Program-made: the position numbers and the translations under genes
Assembly: GCA_010093605.1 (NCBI GenBank)
Contig: MU004183.1
Coordinates: 992,001 to 1,056,000, forward strand
Direction of reading: 5' to 3'
DNA: 64,000 nucleotides
Source of the DNA: Lophium mytilinum
Taxonomy: Eukaryota
In this document: in pieces, positions 1-12,343 of the stretch
Position numbering within the stretch: position 1 is the first letter of the stretch
How the letters are laid out: each line of letters begins with the position of its first letter
Notes under the pieces: generated by a model
The model's input: only the letters and a program-made list of their open reading frames with translations
Database searches by the model: none
What the model was told of the DNA's origin: nothing

Positions 1-1252
1 TCGTGCCTTCATCGCAACCTTCCGCTCTCTGCCAGCTCTATCCAATCTTTCAGTTTCCTATTTCAGTGCCGCCGAGTTCTCAAACCGCACCCTAGCTGCC
101 CTCCCTCGACTTCAATCCCTCCGCCTCGAGAAACTACCTGGTATCACTGACACAGGACTGCAGCGATACTTCGCCCAACCGGTGGCCGCTTCCATTGTCA
201 ACTTAAGCTTGATAAACCTCCAAATCGCCGATCTCGCTGTATTGGGCAAAGTATTCGAGTATATGAGCGAGTTATCTCGCCTCACGCTATCTCAAACCCC
301 AACACCACGCCCATCTGACGATGCGTGGCCACTGCCTGCAAGCGCAGATGCTGTGTTTCGCTCGACCAGCCTGAAATACCTGCATTGGTCGTGCCTCACG
401 CCTCACCCACCCACCACGGTCGCGCTAGGCAAAGCGATCAAAGACGGTGACCTGCCCGCATTAAGAACCCTCCGCGCACCGACAGACGACGGGACACTAC
501 AGGCAGTATGTGCCCCACGGGCCTCGATCGCGAGAGAAGGCGACGAGACTGCAGTGAACACGGCCGCCGCTGTCGCGGACCAACAACGCCAGAATCGCAA
601 GCGGGCATCCATGAGCGTGCAGTCCACTATCACACTCTCGCCGATGCCAAAGTCAGCGAAGCGACGCTCTATGCTCGACTTGCGACCGTCCAGGCCGACG
701 GAAGTGGCCGCGGATTCAAATGCACCAAAGACTACAGCACAGCTTCAGATACAGACTTCCATTGCACTCAATGCCAAGGGGAAGTGGAAGCGCGTGTCCA
801 CCCCAGTTTTACCATCTTCCGCCTTCACGCGGCCCGAGCCTAAAACCCTAATTGCACCCCTCGCGTCTCCACCACTCCCAAAACCGAACCCTGTCTCCCT
901 CCCCGCTGCTCGACTGGCTGCTCAGCATCGCTTGGCGGCCGCGAGAAAGTTTCCGGGTATCAAGATTATCGTCACGTCGCCCTCTGGCATCGATATCAAG
1001 ACGTGGACGATGAGGTCCTATCTAGGGCTCGTCCAAGGCCCTTGTGTTGTGCGATACTGTCTTGACCCTGACATTAAAGGTGATGGAGAGGATGTTTTGA
1101 TCACGGGTGTGGCAGAAGTAGTAGGGGGAGCGAGGGTAGGCCACGGGCGAAGACAAGGAGAAGAGCCGGTATGGGAGAGAGTGAGGGTCAGGGGATGTTT
1201 ACATCCCGGGGGGAGAGGAGGGGACCAAGTGGGTGCTAATGAGCTGTTTTGA
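1..1252 (+). CDS. 5'-truncated LRR (RNI-like) protein, probably of the Pezizomycotina F-box/LRR type
   Basis: Frame is open from the window edge (RAFIATFRSLPALSNLSVSY...LPRLQSLRLEKLPGITDTGL) with LxxLxLxx repeats; continues into ORF 182..1252; start lies outside the window. Confidence 0.65.
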   Translation, partial: RAFIATFRSLPALSNLSVSYFSAAEFSNRTLAALPRLQSLRLEKLPGITDTGLQRYFAQPVAASIVNLSLINLQIADLAVLGKVFEYMSELSRLTLSQTPTPRPSDDAWPLPASADAVFRSTSLKYLHWSCLTPHPPTTVALGKAIKDGDLPALRTLRAPTDDGTLQAVCAPRASIAREGDETAVNTAAAVADQQRQNRKRASMSVQSTITLSPMPKSAKRRSMLDLRPSRPTEVAADSNAPKTTAQLQIQTSIALNAKGKWKRVSTPVLPSSAFTRPEPKTLIAPLASPPLPKPNPVSLPAARLAAQHRLAAARKFPGIKIIVTSPSGIDIKTWTMRSYLGLVQGPCVVRYCLDPDIKGDGEDVLITGVAEVVGGARVGHGRRQGEEPVWERVRVRGCLHPGGRGGDQVGANELF

Positions 1253-1379
1253 TTCGACTCAAAGAGAGTCATATTGAAGATGAAGAGAAAAGGTCTTTCG
1301 TAATTCACAGCGCGGTGTGTCCACCCGCTCTCAAACGCCTAGATATCTATACCCAAACCCAACATCAAACGAACACCCT

Positions 1380-2381
1380 TCACGCAGTCTGGCTTTCCTC
1401 TGGCCAGACATCATACCCAAATGTATCCTTCATATTCACAAACCGCGTCCTTCTCCCCCTGGCCACCCGCTCAATCGCCTCAAACCCCTCATCGCTTAGA
1501 TCCGCCACCTGCAAATTACTCTCGATCCGGCTCGGCGTCGCGCTTTTCGGCAGCACCACATACCCCCGCCTCAGGCCCCACGCCAGCAGACACTGCGCCA
1601 GCGTCGCCCCCTGCTTCTCCGCCGTCTCTATCAGCTCCTTATTCGTCCTAACCTTCTCCCCCGTATTCGGTACTTGATCCTGACTCCCAAGCGGGCTATA
1701 CGCCGCCGGGAGGATATTCCGCGCCAGACACCACTCCACCAACTCCCCATTTGGCAAAAACGGGTGAATCTCAATCTGATTCACCGCCGGCTTCACACGC
1801 GCATAGCTAAGAAGCTGTTCGAGCCCCTTAATCGTCCAGTTAGAGACACCAATGGCTCTGGCGAGACCAGCATCGTACAGCTCCTCCATCTTCCGCCACG
1901 TCGGCGCCGGGTCCTCCGTCAGGGGCTTGTTGATAACGTATTTCCCGTCCGCCCCGATCCTCGGCATGAAGGAGTCGCCGTCCTGCACTTTCTCGGCCGC
2001 GATGGGCCAGTGCACGAGGAAGAGGTCGACGTAGTCGACGCGCAGCTTGGCCAGGCTGGACTTCAGCGACCATTCGACGTCGGCGGGGGCGTGCAGGTGG
2101 TTCCAGACTTTTGTGCAGATAAAGATGTCGGCGCGCTGCACCGAGGGGGTTTTGGCGAGGAAGTCGTGCAGGGCGTCGCCGACTTCGGTCTCGTTTTGGT
2201 AGAACCAGGCGCAGTCGAGGTGGCGGTAGCCGGATTCTAGGGCGTGGAGCGTCGCGGTGTAGGAGGAGCCTTGGGCGCCGTCGTTGGCGAAGGTGCCGAA
2301 GCCGATGCTGGGGATGGCGGCGCCGGTGTTGAGGGTGAAGGATTTGGGGGTAGTCGGGGTGGTTGAGGGGTGGATGGCCAT
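1380..2381 (-). CDS. Aldo-keto reductase (NADP-dependent glycerol dehydrogenase-like)
   Basis: IPSIGFGT, GYRHLDCAWFYQNE, TKVWNH, DYVDLFLVHWP, IGVSNW, NQIEIHP and VLPKS motifs; intronless, 333 aa. Confidence 0.95.
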   Translation of the reverse strand: MAIHPSTTPTTPKSFTLNTGAAIPSIGFGTFANDGAQGSSYTATLHALESGYRHLDCAWFYQNETEVGDALHDFLAKTPSVQRADIFICTKVWNHLHAPADVEWSLKSSLAKLRVDYVDLFLVHWPIAAEKVQDGDSFMPRIGADGKYVINKPLTEDPAPTWRKMEELYDAGLARAIGVSNWTIKGLEQLLSYARVKPAVNQIEIHPFLPNGELVEWCLARNILPAAYSPLGSQDQVPNTGEKVRTNKELIETAEKQGATLAQCLLAWGLRRGYVVLPKSATPSRIESNLQVADLSDEGFEAIERVARGRRTRFVNMKDTFGYDVWPEESQTA

Positions 2382-3744
2382 TTTGGTAGTGGTGTGCGTT
2401 CTCTTTCTACAGTCGATTTAGATATATGAAAGCGTGTTGAAATAAGATTGTAGCAGACAGAGAATATTGATAGAGAGATGGACAAAATCCCCCCAATATC
2501 AGCGAAAGACTCAGCGTATATGAAACCCACACGTCCCCGCCACCCCACCACAGGCAAAAGAAAAGAAAATCCTCACCTCTCTCCTCCCCCTCGCTCCGAC
2601 TCTTTCTCGCACCCTCTCGCTCAACATTTCTAGCCATGACGTAAAGAGTGGAATCCTCCTCTCTTCCAGCTCCACTCCATTACTCACCGCCACGCTTTGT
2701 CCGCCCACTCCACAACCCTCAACTACCCATCACATGCCAAAAACCCTGCTGCGCGGCACTCGCTCCGATCCGAAGATACCCCCCCCAGCACCCGAAAATC
2801 AGGAACGTGCAGCAGTCATCCTGCAGGGTGCAGTTCGCACCCCTGCGCCTTAAACATAGAAAACCGCCCGTTCAGTTCGCGTGGCGGCGCTAGAACCTCG
2901 CCCCGTCTTTTCTCGCGTCATACCGCAGAAACTCTGCAACCCTACCTGGACCCTCTTCCAATGAACGAACCTGCCTAGCGGGGCTACCACATACGAAAGG
3001 TGAAAAGCCTTGTATCAAAGCCTTTTCGACATGACACGACGGCGGCGGATCGACATGGTGTTGAGAAGCATTCAGCCGGCGCTGCAGCATGTCAGCCGCA
3101 TGTACATGTAACTATGTACCTACGCACCGCGCGGGTGGATCCCAGGGTCCATATTTGATATCACCATGCCCCAACCAACTCGCCTCTGTGGCCTCTGGGC
3201 GAGAAATCTCGGTCAGGCTGGTGTATACGTGGTAGCGTTTCGCGGCGGCAAGGCCGTCAAGAATACAATGCTTGGTATCCACAATCTGTGGATTGTGTCA
3301 CAGTATCTGCATCTCGGTAAGCAACGCCGCTTGCCGGCCGCGGTAGTCACGGTAGGTTGCTGTCCCACAGTGCTGTTTCGCCGTCCCGAAGAAGCCACGA
3401 GCAGGACCCTTGGAGCGTCGGGAAGGGGATAAGGCGGCTCCACCGCTATCCACAGATTTCTCTCCATCAGCGCGCCGCAGAGCGTATGGCAGAGGCGGAT
3501 GATGCTATCAGTGGAGCAGGCTCCGCGCTGGACGAGTTTCAGCTCGGAGACGAACGGGAAGAGGGGTGAGAAATGGTGAGGGCTTTTCAGGGTCTTCGTT
3601 GGAGTGGCGGTGGCATTATATTTGTTAGGGGGATAGATATATACTGTGATAGCCTGCCGTGGTGGTTACTCAATCACACCAGCATTCACGACTCTCATCC
3701 TCCTGATCTGCCTCCACTTGATTACCTTGATACTATCCTCTAAA

Positions 3745-5244
3745 ATGCCTGCCTTTGACGACTCGGACTTTGGCGTCCAAGGCCCCATCAGCCCTGCTAA
3801 ATCTCATCATGACTCCCCCCATTCCCTCCGCAAGGTCGCGAGCCGCAACAGCCATCATGTTGGGAGCCACGGAAGCCTTGCTATCCCCTCCGAGGTCAAC
3901 GGCGGCGAGCACGATGCCATTGAAGTGCCTGCCACTCGCTCCTCGATCTCGGATGCCCAATCCTATATGCATCAGCTATCCCTCTCCCCATCTATGAAGG
4001 AGAGGCGAGGGTCTCGAAACTCTTTCGGGACTTCCCTCCCCATCCCACGCTCGAAGCGTCAATCGCGGCTCTCCAGCGTCTCGCGGCCAGTGCGACCGGG
4101 CATGCCGCCCATCCAGCCAACCCGGGACATCCTCGCCGCCCAAGTCCAAGACCTGTCGAGCGAGAAAGTGCAGGCGGCGAAAGACATGGCCTTCGTATTT
4201 GACATCGACGGCGTGCTCGTGCTCGGCGACGAGCTGATCCCCGAAGGCCAGCGCGTCCTCAAGATCCTCAACGGCGACAACGAGCTCGGCATCAAGATCC
4301 CGCACATCTTCCTGACCAACGGGTCCGGCAAGCCCGAGAACGCGCGCGTGAACCAGCTCTCCAAGATCCTGAAGTCGCCCATCTCGACCGACCAGTTCAT
4401 CCAGTCGCACACGCCGATGCGTGCCCTGTCCGAATACTACAGCACGGTGCTGGTCGTCGGCGGCGAGGGCTACCGCTGCCGCGAAGTCGCCGAAGAGTAC
4501 GGCTTCAAGGATATTGTCGTCCCGAACGACATCATTGCGTGGGATCCGACGATTGCGCCATACCGCGTCTTCACCGACGCCGAGCGCGCCACGTCGCGGC
4601 CACGTGACTTTTCGAAAGTCAACATCGAGGCTATCATGGTTTTCTCCGATAGCCGCGACTACGCGACGGATATGCAGATCATCATGGATTTGCTCCGAAG
4701 CGAGGACGGCCGCCTGCACACAGTCGCCAAGGACCCCGTGTCTCAGAGGATTCCCATCTACTTCTCGCAGGGCGATCTGCTCTGCCCGACTGAGCATCCT
4801 ACGCCTCGGATGTCGCAGGGAGCTTTCCGGATTGGGCTCGAGGCTATGTACAAGGCCGTCACCGGCGAGGATCTCGAGCGTGTCGTGTATGGTAAGCCAG
4901 AGCTGGCCACGTACAGGTACGCCGACGAAGTCATCACCAGCTGGATGGAGCAGATCCACAACGACGAGAAGCTGCCCAAGAACGTGTACATGGTCGGCGA
5001 CAATCCGGCATCTGATATCGTCGGCGGGAATATGTACGGCTGGAACACATGCTTGGTGCGCACGGGGGTGTACCAAGGCGAAGGCAACGACGACGAGAAC
5101 CCGGCTAGCTTTGGCGTCTTCAAAAACGTGTTGGAGGCGGTGCAGACAGCCTGCAGGAAGCAGCTCGGTGACGACTTTCAGTTTGGATTTAATGAGAAGA
5201 TGAACCCGGTGTTGCATGGAAACGGCAACTCGGCCATTGAGTAG
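3745..5244 (+). CDS. HAD-superfamily subfamily IIA hydrolase (CECR5/HDHD5-like) with a Ser/Arg-rich N-terminal extension
   Basis: FVFDIDGVL (motif I), FLTNGSG, YGKPE, YMVGDNPASDI; ATG at 3745 in AAAATG context. Confidence 0.92.
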   Translation: MPAFDDSDFGVQGPISPAKSHHDSPHSLRKVASRNSHHVGSHGSLAIPSEVNGGEHDAIEVPATRSSISDAQSYMHQLSLSPSMKERRGSRNSFGTSLPIPRSKRQSRLSSVSRPVRPGMPPIQPTRDILAAQVQDLSSEKVQAAKDMAFVFDIDGVLVLGDELIPEGQRVLKILNGDNELGIKIPHIFLTNGSGKPENARVNQLSKILKSPISTDQFIQSHTPMRALSEYYSTVLVVGGEGYRCREVAEEYGFKDIVVPNDIIAWDPTIAPYRVFTDAERATSRPRDFSKVNIEAIMVFSDSRDYATDMQIIMDLLRSEDGRLHTVAKDPVSQRIPIYFSQGDLLCPTEHPTPRMSQGAFRIGLEAMYKAVTGEDLERVVYGKPELATYRYADEVITSWMEQIHNDEKLPKNVYMVGDNPASDIVGGNMYGWNTCLVRTGVYQGEGNDDENPASFGVFKNVLEAVQTACRKQLGDDFQFGFNEKMNPVLHGNGNSAIE

Positions 5245-5368
5245 ACGACAGCGTCGTGTTTCTTCTTTTTTTCTGGCGTTCTGGTCTAGGCCATTTTATA
5301 TCCAATAGATTGACAACCCTTTGAAGGGCTCTTTAAGTTCCAAAAACACTCTTGTGCTTACTTTTTGA

Positions 5369-6640
5369 TCATACGTTTAGAGACTCTAGTAGCTGTAGAT
5401 TTTCCTGCTCATCCTTTGAAATATCCAGATTGTGCTCCTCTGTTGCAGTATTCGCGACTGATGGCTTCCACCCAACTTCTTCGGGGAATTCCTCTTTGAG
5501 GAAGTCTAGCACCCAAAGACCGTCACCAAATCGCTCCTCTGCAAGCAGCCCGCGTGCTAGTGTCAAAGACAAGTTGACGAGAAAGTAGCGCATTTGCGGA
5601 TTTTTCGGGTATGCGAAAGTAGGGGCCATTTTCCTAAGATACTGCAGAGCTGGATCGAGATCCGGCGTCGAAGGATGATGGAGAAGAAGCTGAGCCTTGA
5701 AGCCTTCGGCGTTGCTGCACCATTTTTCGATGCTGCCAAGAAAAGCATCATACGATGACAGAGAGATGCCGTGGGAATTCGCGGTGATGTTGTTGACGAT
5801 GCATGCGCCAGCCGTAAAAAATTCCGCGAATTTTACAGACTTGGAGGGATGCTTTTCTAGTGAGCACGCGTGCAGATGTGCGGTTATAGCATCTTCCAGT
5901 CCGCCCGTGCCGTCGACTTTGCAAAGCACAACGGATTTCAGCAATCTGCTACGGAACCTAGCAATCTGCGCAGGCGAAACACCAGTATTTTCTAGAGCAC
6001 GGTGCAAATCCGGTCCGAGCCATCGCCACAGTGGTCGCTCATTCCGCTCTTGGATAAGCAGCGTGGCCAGCATCGTATGAAAAGCATGATTTTCGACGAA
6101 AGCTGGTGTTGTTTCCAGTCCACTCGCCCACAGCCACTGTACAATTTCTGTTCCCGCCTTGTTGGAGCTAGAGATGCCGCTTGTCGTCGTTACGTTGGGG
6201 GTCTTGCTCATAGCGTCCGCGTAGAGGAATGCTGTATAGATAGAGGCAGACCCGTCGGCGACGCGGTCTCTGAACCATTGCTCGGGATTGCTCGAAAAGC
6301 CTTGTATACCAGACACAGATAGACGACCATGTTGTCTCGACGGCTTGTGGGCAAGCAAAGGATTTGCAAGGACAGACTCGAGCAGTCTGCTGATGGGGAG
6401 ATGCGAAGAGGTTGCATTGAGGGCCACATCCTGGGCCGCGCTCTTGCTGAACGACTTCCTCCGGCGCGAGGCCTGGGCTGGAGAGGCTCCGGCGACTGCG
6501 GGATGCTCGCGATCCAGGTGTCGTCTGAAGGAGGACGTGAGGAGGGAGAGCAGCTGTTGGGACTCGCGGGGCGTCAGCGGCAGCTGGGGGTGGATCTTGG
6601 ACGACAGCAGGCTGAAGGCGCGCGCCGCCGAGGACTGCAT
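5369..6640 (-). CDS. Conserved fungal hypothetical protein, possibly mitochondrial
   Basis: Long ORF; first ATG at 6640 (MQSSAARAFSLLSSKIHPQLPLTPRESQQLL); basic/hydroxylated N-terminus lacking acidic residues. Confidence 0.75.
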   Translation of the reverse strand: MQSSAARAFSLLSSKIHPQLPLTPRESQQLLSLLTSSFRRHLDREHPAVAGASPAQASRRRKSFSKSAAQDVALNATSSHLPISRLLESVLANPLLAHKPSRQHGRLSVSGIQGFSSNPEQWFRDRVADGSASIYTAFLYADAMSKTPNVTTTSGISSSNKAGTEIVQWLWASGLETTPAFVENHAFHTMLATLLIQERNERPLWRWLGPDLHRALENTGVSPAQIARFRSRLLKSVVLCKVDGTGGLEDAITAHLHACSLEKHPSKSVKFAEFFTAGACIVNNITANSHGISLSSYDAFLGSIEKWCSNAEGFKAQLLLHHPSTPDLDPALQYLRKMAPTFAYPKNPQMRYFLVNLSLTLARGLLAEERFGDGLWVLDFLKEEFPEEVGWKPSVANTATEEHNLDISKDEQENLQLLESLNV

Positions 6641-7115
6641 CGTGGCCGTGGGCGCAGTGTCGGGCGGCCTCAGGGCATTCACTGGCTGCGATGGCTGATG
6701 GCTAATGGCGGAGGCGGCTGCTGGCGGTGGTGTACTGGCCTGGAGTGCGGCGTAGAATACCTACCTAGGTACATATAATAGAGTGACGAAAGAGCGTGAC
6801 TGGCTGCCGCGTCCGGGGCTGCAAGCAACCACGCAACCTGTGGACCTCAGCCCGACTTCTACCTTCCCACAGATCCCTTCACCCCATCTTCATGAGCCCC
6901 AACACAGCCATATTAAACACGCTTCCATCGTCCGCACACTGAGCAGGCGCCCCCAGCTCGCCTTCCGAGACCGTGCTCGCCTGTCCGCACTACACGCAGC
7001 CCCTTCACCCGCCCCAGCATCACGAACCTCTGCCATCGCCAACCAACCTCACCCCCCGACCAACAAAGAAGCCGTCCCACTCGCGGACCCTTCACTACTA
7101 CACAAACCTCTACAC

Positions 7116-10100
7116 ATGTCTGAAGTCCAGGCCAGACCTGCCACCCGGGGCAGGAGCTCAGCTCGCGGCGGGAGAGGCGGACACGGGGCGCGAGGACCTC
7201 GCAAGACGACAAACGGCGACCATGTCCCCACCTCCACACCCTCCGACACGACTGCAGACCAGGGCGAGCTCGGCGAGCTGAAGAGGAAGTATCTGACCCA
7301 ATTGAGCACCCTCAAGGAGCTGTTCCCTGACTGGTCTGACGTCGACCTGGTCCTCACTCTGCAGGAAACCGACGGCGATCTCCAGAGCACAATTGAGCGT
7401 ATCACCGAAGGTATGTCCCATGGCCCTCTATCTGCGCGACTCTGCAGTCCTTGCATTGCCCGCCAGCTTCCACCCACCACTCCGCGCAGCCTCTGCGACA
7501 CCATCAGTCAATTCGACCAGTGCATTGGGCAGCTAGCTTTTCTTAGCGTTGAGATGTCATCGCGTCGAAGCTGTGCACTCGCTCACATCATCTTCCATTA
7601 TCGTACTAGAGAACCTGCTAACAGACTCTTGTTCAGGAAATGTCTCCCAGTTTGCCGAAGTCAAAAAGACGAAAGATCGATCTCGCTCCAAGGTCAAGGA
7701 CACCACCAGCAGCCCTTCCGATACTCTCCACTCTCAGGCTGCGACTCGTGGAAGCCGGACTCGCGCTGGCCAGGACAGTGTTCGTGGCTCGCGTGGCCGG
7801 CCCGAACGTGGTCGCGGCGGCACTCGAGGAGGCCGCGGTGGAGCTTCTACAAATGGTACACGTACAATTGGCCCAGATTCGATTCCCACGACCGAGTCTT
7901 CTGTATGGGATACTACTCCAGCTCCGGTGGACCCCAAGCAGGGCACTCCGGCGTGGGATCTATCAGCAGTTGCTCCGGCTGCGGCTACAGCTGCGGAGCC
8001 TGAAGCGCCCAAAACTACATCAGCTCCGCAATCTGGAGCCAAGAAGACATGGGCTAGTATGTTCGCGGCCCCGAAGCCGCCACCAGCGTCAAAGCCTGTA
8101 ACCCAGTCGCCCCCGGTGCAGGCCGAGCCAGAGAGTACCCCGGCGGACGTCCCTGCTCATGAAGTAGCGGCCGAAGAGACGGTAGCAGCAGAGCCTTTAC
8201 CAATCCCGCCAGTGTCGGACGAGCTCCCCGAAGATGAAACTGTGCTGGAGGAAGACGGGACTCAGACTCCTACGAAGCCGACGGATAGTTCTGTTGGTGA
8301 AATAACACCATCCAAGGATGAGTTGACAGAGGACAACGTGGAACATCTCCCGGATGCCTCAAATCCCCCTCCAACGGAAACTGCTGCTAGCACGGTTGCG
8401 AGTTCCAAGGACATCGGGAGCATAGGCACTGTTGCGACTCCGCTTAGCAACGCAGGCCAGGCACCAATCGGCCGGCCAGCAATGGGAGGATATGCTACCA
8501 CCGCCCACAAGGCCACAGGCGCAGCACACAGGAGCGCCAGCTTCCAGAAGCGGTTATTGGAACAGCAGGAAGCGGTTGTTATGCCTGGAAACCACGCAGT
8601 GGACCGAGCCGCTGTTCAATTTGGAAGCATGGGTTTGAATGGCAACGTGGAAGCGCTGGATGTCGACGAGGACCGAGAAGAGGCAGAGACACGGACTCAG
8701 CCGCCACAACACTCCCCAGTGGCACAACCACGGGCTGCTCTTCCCCCAGCACCTAGACAACCGGCTCCTCCCGCAGAACACCAACCCCAGGAAGCGCTTC
8801 CAACCCCAAAGCAAGCGCCAGGCTTACCACCGGTGCCACAACACCAACAGTCGCCGCAAGCTTCGCTTGGGCCTCAGGCCATGCAACAGCAAGGCTCACA
8901 AACTGGTCAGCAGTATGGTCAATTCGGCCGCTACGGGCAGAGTGCGGAGGCGTCCGCTCCCGCCCAAAAGCCATACGATCCATTCGGACAGCAAGCCCAG
9001 ACGAGCCAGTACGACTCCTACCCAAGCCAAGCGCAGACTGCGGGTGCGCCACAGCAGCAAGGCCAATCCCAAGCGGCGGGTTTCTCTGCTCCAAGCGAAT
9101 ACTCATCGCAATACTTCACGACGGATCAACAACGGAATGCGTACAACAATTACTATCAGAATTACAACCAACAGACTGCCGCCAGCCAACAGGAAGCGGG
9201 AAGTGCGCAGCAACGGACCGGAAGTGCTTTCGGGACTGGCCCGAGCGACTCATCGTTCCCGCCGAGTCAGCAGGCTCAGCAGGTAAGAAGCTCTCAACAG
9301 GAGCGTTCTAGGTTTCTCGAACCCAGACGTTTTCTCTCAATCTCATTGATCAGTCCAAAATACATGCTCCCTCATTTCCTACTCTCTCCAGCTACCTCTA
9401 GTCCCCTTTCTGACAAACCCCATCAGGCCCCAAGCCGCTACGGCGAGGCCCAAAATAGTGGACACACGACCCCGAACCCTGCCTTGAGTGCCCAACATCC
9501 AAGTGGTCCTGCTTCGCAGCAGGGTCAACATATGCACCAGCAACCGCATACCCAACCGGGCCATGCTGGAGGATATCCGTATAATCACCCCTACTATGGT
9601 AGCCCATACTATCAGAATTACATGAACCAATACGCTGGCTATGGCCAACAAGGCTATGGAGCATTCGGCGGAGGTAAGGGCATGTACAATCAACCTCACC
9701 ACGGCTACGGCGTTTCTCCGCAAGCCTCCTACGACCAACATTCGTCTTCTCCGGCGAACGCTGGCGGATTTGGTCAATCATCTATGCACGGACGGGACAG
9801 CGCGCTCGGCGGCGGTCTTGGAGAGTACGGCAGATCTGGCTCGGCGCAGCCTTCCCAGGCGCAGCACAACGCCAGCGCCGGCGCAGGCTTCGGCGGCGTT
9901 CCGGACCTGTTTAGCCGCTCGCAGGCTGGCGGATACCAAAATCAGCCCTACGGCCAACAGCAAGGCGCACAGCAAACCGCGACTGAGGATTCTTTGAAGC
10001 CATTCGGCGACTCGAAAGCCAGCGGCGGACCCAGTCCTTCTGCGCTCGGCCAGCCCGGTCGACCAGGTTCTGCGACGAACAACACGCCCGGCCAAACCAG

Positions 10101-10365
10101 CCAGAGCGGTCTACCGCCTCCGCAATCGCACCAGCAAGGAGGGTTTGGCGGCGGCGCGTATCCGAGCCATCTGAACCAGCTCCAGGGCGGACAGGGCAAC
10201 CAGTACGGCGGCGGGCTTGGCGGCTTAGGTGGCCAGGGCCAGCAACACGCTGGTGCGCAGAGTCATCAACAAAGTGGCGGCTATGGCCAGTACGGTGGGT
10301 TTGGCGGCGCGGGCTACGGCAGCTATAATCGCGGCGGGTGGGGCACGAACTACGGGCAACATTAA
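7116..10365 (+). CDS. DEF1: RNA polymerase II degradation factor Def1 (CUE domain, Q/G/Y-rich C-terminus)
   Basis: CUE-like LKELFPDWSDVDLVLTLQETDGDL, RGG motifs, QQEAVVMPGNHAVDRAAVQFGSMGL; introns 7411-7636 and 9283-9426. Confidence 0.88.
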
Positions 10366-11476
10366 AGCAGGCGGGAGCTGATTGAGGAGTGGATTGATTT
10401 GGTCGGTCCTGGTTCTGTGTTTTGATTCATTGGCAGAGCAGATCGAAGATAGTGCGGGTGAAGGCAGAGCACGAGAAAGACGAGAAGAGAGGAGAACAGG
10501 AGTGCTGATTTCATAAGCTAGGGGGGTTCGTGTGGCTACTACTGCTGCTACTTTCTACCGATAATGTAGTTCAGAGCCCGCGAGATTTGTTTTATGAAAC
10601 CAACCTTGAAAACTTTTCTCCTTCTCATCTCATCTCGTTTTACTAAAAAACTGTATTATGACCGGAAGTCTCCTTTACTTTTCCTTTTGTGTTGTCTGGG
10701 CTACTCGACTTGGCTCGACTCCTTACTCTCGTTTTTCAGCCGAGGCGGAATATGGCTCTTGGCTAAGGATTAGGCATGGAACTGTGTTTGAGTAGGGATT
10801 CGCGCACATGCTTGGGTTTGTTGTTATTTTACAATTTGCACGGTGGGGGATCTGGGATGCGTCGGATCACACAAAAAAATTGGCCTTCTGTTTTTTCCGG
10901 TGCCATTGTTTACTTGGCTGTGTGTTTTCTTTGCGTTGCGCCGATAAGGGGGTGGTTACTGTCTTGGCGGGAGGCGCGACTTTGCGAGGACAGGACGGTT
11001 CTTTACTTGACTCTGTAGCATGTGAGGGGAGGTTGATGGAGAGGAATGCAATGCGTGGGTTGAGTGAGTGATTGAGAGGTTTTTGGTGTGGTGCGTTTGG
11101 GTGAGGTGTGTGTGATGTGATGGATGAAGAGATGCATTGCTTCGTCGTTAGTTTCTGTTCGCCTGCAGCACTACGTCGAAGATTCCCCTAAATCTTGGTT
11201 ACACTGCTTATGGTATGCCGATGTACGAACACGAAGGAGCTCGGTCTCAGGCATGACTTACTGAGACAACGCTACCGGTTCTCAGCCTCTTGGACCTCTC
11301 ATGGAAGATGAGTTGAGGGAAGCGTCTTTCTTCTTGGTGTGCTAAATCATACACGTTCTTATCCAGCCGCCTGTAGTGTCTCAAGGACTTTCAAGGATTC
11401 AACCAAAATTCCACTTGAACCGGTAATGAAATTGCTATGTCGCTTCAAAGAAAGGGAGAGAGGAGTACACAAGAAT

Positions 11477-11578
11477 CCGACATCTACACACGCCGACATC
11501 TACACACGCCGACATCTACACACGCCGACATCTACACACGCCGACATCTACACACGCCGACATCTACACACGCCGACA
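11477..11578. repeat. Perfect minisatellite (CCGACATCTACACACG) x ~6.4
   Basis: Six identical 16-bp units plus a partial CCGACA, read directly. Confidence 0.97.
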
Positions 11579-12343
11579 GCATATTCGTAAGAAAACGAGG
11601 GTGTGGGCCGGAGCACCCGAAAGGACATGACTCAATGCGTTCGCAACTTCGCGATCGTCCGTCATGATTTCTATTTATGAGTTCAAAATTACACGGTATG
11701 GGATTCCGGTCAAGTTCCCAGTAGGCTACTAAGCTGTCTTAACAGCACAAGTCACTTCACCACTGGATTCCGGGGACACCCAAGCTCAAGCGCTAAGATA
11801 CGTGAGAAGATGGATTAGGTTTAGCATCGACACACCCCTGAGAACGGCAATTATCATTTTCTTGATATACTCACCTTCTACATTGATCCTCCGCGAAATT
11901 TTCTGAATCTAATTGAATATCACTCGGACTCAGGCGTCTGTCAGCGCGCGTGCAAGAGGACTAGAAGCCCGCTAGCGCCGCGCTCTGATCTCTGTACTCT
12001 ACACTTTTTACTCTGCTTGCAGAAGTTTCCTATGTGGGTAGAGGTGGATTTTCGTGTTTAAGCTCTTTGTATCCTAGGGCCAATCGCCTCGTCGAATTTG
12101 GAGTTCAATGCTAGTTACGGCGCTTTCATGATTAAGCTCTACGCTTTCCATGATTCTTCTACACTTCCAAGATTGCTAATCCTCTGGGCGCCCAGAAGTT
12201 GGCACTGTGCTCGACACTTTTGCTGCCCAGACTTTCCTGAAGCAGAGAGTGGCGAACTGGACCCTTAGATCCATGCTTTTCCAAGATTACCCAGGTAGAG
12301 GGAGACCCAGAGTTTTATTGTGCGGTAACCCGCTACCCAATCT

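Noticed and set aside
3976..5217. 413-aa antisense ORF and a 260-aa alternative-frame ORF over the HAD gene
   Set aside because: Shadow ORFs produced by high GC3; no recognisable domain
6783..8003. 406-aa ORF as a separate gene
   Set aside because: It is DEF1 exon 1 read through the 5' region and intron 1
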